This document shows positions 58,337 to 64,000 of a stretch of DNA of 64,000 nt, in pieces (the first letter of the stretch is position 1; each line of letters begins with the position of its first letter). Below the pieces are notes generated by a model. That model was not told the origin of the DNA. It saw only the letters and a program-made list of their open reading frames with translations, and ran no database searches. The translations under genes and the position numbers were made by a program. This DNA comes from Pseudomonadota bacterium (GTDB lineage: Bacteria > Campylobacterota > Campylobacteria > Campylobacterales > Sulfurimonadaceae): contig JAZDQA010000007.1 in the NCBI GenBank assembly GCA_043797085.1, forward strand, positions 1-64,000. Reading direction: 5' to 3'.

Positions 58337-60557
58337 TCGGCAATGGTCGGTTAAACAAATATCCTTGATAGGCAGTACATCCATTATTTTCGAGAAATTC
58401 TCGTTGAGCTTGTGTCTCTACTCCTTCGGCAATGACATTCATTTCCAGACCTCGACCCATGGTAATGATGGTTTTGGTGATCATCTCGTCATTTTTTTCT
58501 CCGGGGATATTGTCTACAAACGATTTATCGATTTTGAGCTGAGCGAGAGGAAGTTGTGCCAGATAGGAGAGGGAAGAAAATCCTGTCCCGAAATCGTCCA
58601 TAGAAAAGGTAATCCCTAACTGTTTAAGCGCATTCATCTTTTGGATGGTATCCTCGATGTTTTCGATAACGATACTTTCTGTGAGCTCGAGTTTTAACCG
58701 CATCGGATTGATCCCGCTGGCTTTGATAATACGTTCTACTTGGGTGACATAATCTGATTGCCGAAATTCTTTCCCACTGACATTGACGGCAATTTGAAGC
58801 GTACTCATGCGGGGATCTTTTTCCCATTTTTTGAGCTGAGAGCACGCAGCTTCCATTACCCAGTTGCCGATGGATAAGATTAATCCGGACTCTTCTGCAA
58901 GAGGGATAAAATCATCGGGCGCTACGAGTCCGCGCCGTGGATGCTGCCATCGTATCAGTGCTTCTGCTCCTACGACATGATTTTTTTCATCAACTTGAGA
59001 TTGGTAAAAGAGACGAAATTGCTCGTGTTTGATGGCGTGCTGAAGTTCTATCTCTAATGCACTGCGAAGGTTGAGTGCCTCTTGCATGGCAGGGTCAAAA
59101 AAGCGCAGGGTGTTGCGTCCTGCATCTTTGGCTTTGTAGAGTGCGAGGTCTGCATGTTTGAGGAGATCCTCGACCGTATCATCTTTACTAAGTAAGCTTA
59201 TGCCGATGCTAACCTTGCAATTGTATTCTACGTCATGAAGATTGAACGGTTTTTCCATTGTTTCACGCAGTTTTTCTCCTAGCTGCTGAGCCATTGTTGC
59301 AGCTTCTGTGGATTCTGTGCTTAGAGCATCCAGCAAGACAACGAACTCATCTCCTCCCTGACGACCTACGGTATCGGATTGACGGACACTGGCGCGCAGG
59401 CGTTGAGCTATATCCACGAGTAACAAATCACCCACCGTATGACCGCGCGTGTCGTTCAGTGTCTTAAAATGATCGATATCGACAAACAAAACAGCTCCAT
59501 ACGTTTCGTTTCGACCCGAAGCAGCGATGGTTTGAGCCAGTCTGTCTTGTATCAAGCGACGGTTTGGCAATCCGGTGAGAGGATCATAGTAGGCGAGACG
59601 GTGGATGGCGGCTTCGGCTTCTTTGTCATCGGTGAGGTCTGAAAAATTAGCGACATAATGAGTCGCACCTAATCCGTCAATATTTACTGCGGTAATGGTT
59701 AAGAGTTGGGCATAAAACTCCCCATTTTTACGCTTATTCCACATCTCGCCCTGCCAGTGTCCTTGTTCGTTCAATACTGACAATAAATTCGTATAAAATT
59801 CTTTTGTATGCCGTTCTGACTTTAGCATCGTGACAGCGTGTCCAATTGCTTCTTGCGCAGGATAGCCTGTTATGCGGGTGAAGGCTTGGTTGACTCGCAA
59901 TATAATCCCATGGGCATCGGTAATGATGATTCCGTTTTGAGATTCGAAGGCAATGGCGGCAATGTTGAGATCACTTTGAGTTTTTTTACGCTGAGTGATA
60001 TCGCTCAGTACGAGACGTAATATCAATCCGCCCTCACTGTTTTTTGAAAGTGACGTGTCCAGTTGCGCCCAAAATTGTGTACCGTCCCCCTTTATCATTC
60101 GTACCTCATACGACTGAGCTTGATGGGTTGAAAGAAATTTCTTATGGTGCAGATAATAGTTGTCTTGATCTTCACTGAAAATGAATTTGTTGAGCGGTTG
60201 GTGGATAAGAGCACTTTTTGGGATACCAAGCAAGATGGTGGCGGTGAGATTGGATTGGAGAATTTCTCCTTTTTCATTCAGCGTAAAATATCCTATCGGT
60301 GCCATTTCATAGAGGTCAAAATAGCGTTCTTTCGCCGCGTTAAGTTCAGTTTTACCTTGGCGTAATTCCTCGTTTTGCATCTCAAGCTCGATTTGATGAA
60401 CGTGTAACTCTTGGATCAGATAGCGTACTTTTTCAGGTGAAAAATCTTCGTCAAAAAGTGGAGTATCTTCATGAGAAAGGAGTTCGGCTTTTTCGCGTAA
60501 AATTTGGGCAAGGACCTTTGCATTTTTGGACCCACTTTTGATCTTTTTAGGGCTCAT
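58284..60557 (-). CDS. PAS-PAS-GGDEF-EAL protein
   Basis: N-terminal coiled coil, two PAS domains, GGDEF with RQSD I-site, EALIRW, DDFGTG. Confidence 0.93.
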   Translation of the reverse strand: MSPKKIKSGSKNAKVLAQILREKAELLSHEDTPLFDEDFSPEKVRYLIQELHVHQIELEMQNEELRQGKTELNAAKERYFDLYEMAPIGYFTLNEKGEILQSNLTATILLGIPKSALIHQPLNKFIFSEDQDNYYLHHKKFLSTHQAQSYEVRMIKGDGTQFWAQLDTSLSKNSEGGLILRLVLSDITQRKKTQSDLNIAAIAFESQNGIIITDAHGIILRVNQAFTRITGYPAQEAIGHAVTMLKSERHTKEFYTNLLSVLNEQGHWQGEMWNKRKNGEFYAQLLTITAVNIDGLGATHYVANFSDLTDDKEAEAAIHRLAYYDPLTGLPNRRLIQDRLAQTIAASGRNETYGAVLFVDIDHFKTLNDTRGHTVGDLLLVDIAQRLRASVRQSDTVGRQGGDEFVVLLDALSTESTEAATMAQQLGEKLRETMEKPFNLHDVEYNCKVSIGISLLSKDDTVEDLLKHADLALYKAKDAGRNTLRFFDPAMQEALNLRSALEIELQHAIKHEQFRLFYQSQVDEKNHVVGAEALIRWQHPRRGLVAPDDFIPLAEESGLILSIGNWVMEAACSQLKKWEKDPRMSTLQIAVNVSGKEFRQSDYVTQVERIIKASGINPMRLKLELTESIVIENIEDTIQKMNALKQLGITFSMDDFGTGFSSLSYLAQLPLAQLKIDKSFVDNIPGEKNDEMITKTIITMGRGLEMNVIAEGVETQAQREFLENNGCTAYQGYLFNRPLPITEFETFLVQDQNEQDI

Positions 60558-63148
60558 TGAAAATTTCCTCCTAAGGGCTCATTTAACCGTTCTGTTGTCG
60601 TGATCGCATACATCTCTCCCTTGTCATTCACCAACGCCGTTGCCGTAACCCACACTTCTTTGATTGTGCCGTTCTTGCAAAGCCGTTGTGCGAGATACGG
60701 TTTCAAAATCTCGTTACGGCTGAGCTGATAGATTTTTTCTAACTCTTTTTCCCGTACCTCTTCAGGTATTCGAGTGCGTACATTCATCATCAACGCTTCG
60801 GCTTCACTCCATCCATATATTCGTGCGGCACTGCGGTTCCATTGGAGGATATTTCCCTGTAAATCTTGTACGGAGATAGCATCGTATGCATCACGGACAA
60901 TGGTTGCCATATGGCGCAAAGACTCTTGTGCCCTCATGATTTCGGTAATATCGACAAAGGTGATAACTGCACCCTTGACGATGTTTTCAAGGGTTCGGTA
61001 AGGGATGATATGCATCATGTACCACTGACCTGTCGTGCTGTTTACTTTGATCTCTTTGGGGACCAGCGTCTCTAATACGGTTCGTATGTCTGCTTGCAGT
61101 GTGTGATATCCCACGAGAGATGAGGTGATGTGCCCGACGGGCCGCCCTATGTCGCTTGGAATGAGGTTGATGAGAAGAGTTGCCGAGGGGGTATAGCGTA
61201 AAATACAAAGGTCTTGATCCACAAACAGCGTTGCAATACCGGTACCTGAGAGAAGATTATTCATATCATTATTGGCTTGTGACAAAGCAATGACCTTCGT
61301 TTGCAGTTCAGCGTTGACGGTGGAGAGTTCTTCGTTGAGCGATTGCATCTCTTCTTTTGAGGTTTCGAGTTCTTCGTTCGTGGACTGTAACTCTTCATTG
61401 GAGGATTGCAGTTCTTCGTTCACGAGTTGCATCCCCTCCGTGTTATTGGCATGTATTTCACCAACGTTTAACGGGAAGTTCGCATCGCCGTACAAATACA
61501 GCATATCCCCGTTGGCGCTGACAAGTACACCCGTAGGAGTGTGTTGCGGCAGGGTATTTTCGAGATGGTGTGATTTTGATGACACATAAATTCCTTTGTG
61601 TACAGGTGGAATGATGGGAATGACATTATTGATAAATCCTCGTCGTTCATGCTTGAGGTTTTCATTGCATTCATACAGTTTTGATTTTTCATCCAAACTG
61701 GTAAAAAGATTATTAAACTCACCAATCCCCTCAGAAGTTCCTAAAAACAGTACGCCTCTATCATTAAGAGCATAATGGAATAAGGGGATCACTTTTTTTT
61801 GCAGTACAGAGCCCATATAGATGAGCAGGTTTCGGCAGCTGATCAGATCAAGATTGGAAAAGGGGGGGGCTTTGATCACGTCTTGCTCCGAAAAGATGAT
61901 CATATCCCGAATTTTTTTAGCAATACGGTAGTGTCTTCCATCCGGTTCCAGTGTAAAAAACTTCTCAAGCCGTTGCGGGGTGATATCTTCGGCAATGCTG
62001 ATGGGATAGAGACCGGCACGGGCAACTGCAATGGCTCTGGTATCAATATCGGTGGCAAAGATTTGTACACTATACGGGATTTTAAGTTCCTCGATTCGCT
62101 CTTCTAAGAGGATTGCCAAAGAATACGGTTCTTCACCGCTGGAACATCCGCATGACCAAACACGGATGACGCTATCGGCAGATTTCCCCTCGAAGAGTTT
62201 TGGGATGACTTTCTTTTCCAATACTTCAAAAGCTTTGGGATCGCGAAAGAAATTGGTCACCCCAATCAACAAATCACGAAACAAAGCGTCTACTTCAGTG
62301 GGAGTGTTTTGTAGATATTTGACGTAGTCTTCTATTGAATCCAGTTGATAAATGCTCATGCGACGATTAATCCGGCGACCAATGCTGCTGGGTTTGTAGT
62401 GTGAAAAATCATGACCTGTCTGATCACGAAGGAGGAGAAAAATCTTTTTTAGGCTATTTTCGTGTTTGGGGATGAGAGCAGGGATCGGAATATGAGAAAG
62501 AGACCCCCATGTATGAGCGATATAGTCCATAAGTACGCTTGCCATCTCTTCAGGCGGCAACTCATAATCGACCAATCCCGTAGCGATGGCACTGCCGGGC
62601 ATTCCGTCAAACTGGGCAGAATCACAGTCCTGCGCGATCACCATCCCCCCTTCTTTTTTGATGGCTATAACCCCTTGCTTGCCATCACTGCCTGTGCCTG
62701 AGAGGATAATACCGATGGAGTGTTCACGCAAATCCGCAGCTAAAGAACGAAAAAAGAAATCGATGGGAAGACGCTGACCTCGCGGCTCAGACGGGTCTAG
62801 CAGCTGTAACGTCCCGTCCATCAGGGCTATATTATAGTTTGGAGGGATGACATAAATGCAATTTGGTTCGATTATGACACCGTCTTTGGCCTCTAAAACG
62901 TGCATTACGGTATAACGCCCGATGATTTCCGAGAGGATACTTTTATGATCAGGTGAAAGATGTTGTATCAGAACAAAGGCACAATCAGGATGGTTCCCTC
63001 TGGGCATATTAGAAAAAAATGATTCAAACGCGGCTAATCCTCCCGCAGAAGCACCGATTCCGATGACTGGAAAAGAGGGTTTTCTGAGGATTTGTACTGA
63101 GTCTTGCTGCTTACTGCTGTTTGATTTTTTTGTGTTTGTCAAAAACAT
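60554..63148 (-). CDS. CheB-CheR fusion with coiled coil and PAS domains
   Basis: CheB (GASAGG, QHL, GSDG); CheR (VTNFFRD, GCSSGEE, ATDID, CRNLLIY); NEELQS repeats; PAS. Confidence 0.92.
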   Translation of the reverse strand: MFLTNTKKSNSSKQQDSVQILRKPSFPVIGIGASAGGLAAFESFFSNMPRGNHPDCAFVLIQHLSPDHKSILSEIIGRYTVMHVLEAKDGVIIEPNCIYVIPPNYNIALMDGTLQLLDPSEPRGQRLPIDFFFRSLAADLREHSIGIILSGTGSDGKQGVIAIKKEGGMVIAQDCDSAQFDGMPGSAIATGLVDYELPPEEMASVLMDYIAHTWGSLSHIPIPALIPKHENSLKKIFLLLRDQTGHDFSHYKPSSIGRRINRRMSIYQLDSIEDYVKYLQNTPTEVDALFRDLLIGVTNFFRDPKAFEVLEKKVIPKLFEGKSADSVIRVWSCGCSSGEEPYSLAILLEERIEELKIPYSVQIFATDIDTRAIAVARAGLYPISIAEDITPQRLEKFFTLEPDGRHYRIAKKIRDMIIFSEQDVIKAPPFSNLDLISCRNLLIYMGSVLQKKVIPLFHYALNDRGVLFLGTSEGIGEFNNLFTSLDEKSKLYECNENLKHERRGFINNVIPIIPPVHKGIYVSSKSHHLENTLPQHTPTGVLVSANGDMLYLYGDANFPLNVGEIHANNTEGMQLVNEELQSSNEELQSTNEELETSKEEMQSLNEELSTVNAELQTKVIALSQANNDMNNLLSGTGIATLFVDQDLCILRYTPSATLLINLIPSDIGRPVGHITSSLVGYHTLQADIRTVLETLVPKEIKVNSTTGQWYMMHIIPYRTLENIVKGAVITFVDITEIMRAQESLRHMATIVRDAYDAISVQDLQGNILQWNRSAARIYGWSEAEALMMNVRTRIPEEVREKELEKIYQLSRNEILKPYLAQRLCKNGTIKEVWVTATALVNDKGEMYAITTTERLNEPLGGNFQ

Positions 63149-63226
63149 CCCTTATTAAAAAGTTATCTTTTATCTTTACAATAATAGCTTATGTTTTTAA
63201 TTATAGCATTTATCTATCAAAAATTT

Positions 63227-63910
63227 TCATAGTTCAGCACGAAAATAAAGCCGTTCAAGTATTTTTGAACGCACTTGTATCGGGGTATTAAATTTGAATT
63301 CCGCTTCTTTGAGATAATAGGGGAAATGTTCATCACTGACCCCTTTAAAAGTCATAATAAAGTTTTCAAAATAGTACCAAAAACGTGTAATCGCATTATC
63401 GTGTTCGGATATTTTGATGATTTTACTGCTTCGCATGAATTTCGAAAATTCTTTGGCGTAGACGTCTTCGAGGTTGTCTTCTAAAAATTGTTGTTTGTAG
63501 ACTCCCAAAGAGGGCATTAAAATGGTGTAAACATGTTCACCATAGGAAAAGGTCAGAAAATTATGGGAGTCAAAAATAGCTTTTTTATTAGGACGTTTTG
63601 ACTTTTCGAGATAGAGATATTCTTCGTATTGAGACTCTTCACTGCGATGAAGATGGTATTGCTCTTCGCAATGTTTTGCCGCAAGATGACGAAAGGCTTG
63701 GTAATACTTCAAAACGGTAGCATAACTAAGAGCAAGATTTTTTGAGGCAGCAAGGGCATTTTCCTCATTGCAAAAGCAGTCCATCACTCTCAAAATCTGA
63801 TGTACACGCGCAGGACTGTACTTTTTTTTGCATTGACTGCATTTGACCATTCCATCATTCAGCAAATAGAGCGCATGGTGACAGTAAATACAATTATGAG
63901 TATGTTGCAT
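63227..63910 (-). CDS. IS1595/ISXO2-like transposase derivative, apparently lacking the catalytic DDE residues
   Basis: Zinc ribbon CIYC..CSQC, HTH-like segment, C-terminal FW..F....KGV....F..YLKEAEFKFN. Confidence 0.65.
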   Translation of the reverse strand: MQHTHNCIYCHHALYLLNDGMVKCSQCKKKYSPARVHQILRVMDCFCNEENALAASKNLALSYATVLKYYQAFRHLAAKHCEEQYHLHRSEESQYEEYLYLEKSKRPNKKAIFDSHNFLTFSYGEHVYTILMPSLGVYKQQFLEDNLEDVYAKEFSKFMRSSKIIKISEHDNAITRFWYYFENFIMTFKGVSDEHFPYYLKEAEFKFNTPIQVRSKILERLYFRAEL

Positions 63911-64000
63911 TAAAGTATTGTATCACGAAGAAAATCAAACTGTAGTCCTAAAAATAAATAAGAAGATTATTTTTTTAGTTTCTTTTTATTCTATTGTCTT

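Noticed and set aside
61300..61430. Tandem DNA repeat in the CheBR gene
   Set aside because: It reflects protein heptad repeats (NEELQS), covered in the CheBR finding, not a DNA element.

Overview
Chromosomal window from a Campylobacterota (epsilonproteobacterial) bacterium. Gene content and order suggest a Sulfuricurvum/Sulfurimonas-like chemolithoautotroph; this is an inference, not a database match. Left to right it carries: the end of an LPS/dTDP-rhamnose cluster (rfbACDB, GT9, GT2, partial MBOAT); tRNA-Asn; the conserved gyrA-flgP-flgQ-flgR-asd-hemE block; amt-PII-amt; algC-pyrC-two-component system-exbBD-2OG oxygenase; a TonB receptor/YfiR/diguanylate cyclase module; groESL; tRNA-Met followed by GH13 and c-di-GMP genes; an assimilatory sulfate-reduction operon; a large [NiFe]-hydrogenase locus (TetR, cytoplasmic group 2d-like pair, HydABC, HypF-like protein, HypF, two proteases); a CheB-CheR/GGDEF-EAL pair; and a degenerate IS1595-like gene. 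The most notable unannotated signals are: (1) a shared 14-bp palindromic box TGAATnnnnRTTCA in the promoters of tetR-hupSL, hydA, a pseudo-response regulator and cysK; (2) several REP-like palindromic repeat families, including one inserted in-frame in rfbB and a 19-nt mini-hairpin inserted inside two unrelated repeats; (3) a DUF2061-like protein next to cysK whose C-terminus (DYQI) looks like a CysE-type CysK-binding tail; (4) an unannotated 30-aa ORF between cysH and cysD. All calls come from reading the sequence and recognising motifs; no searches were run.
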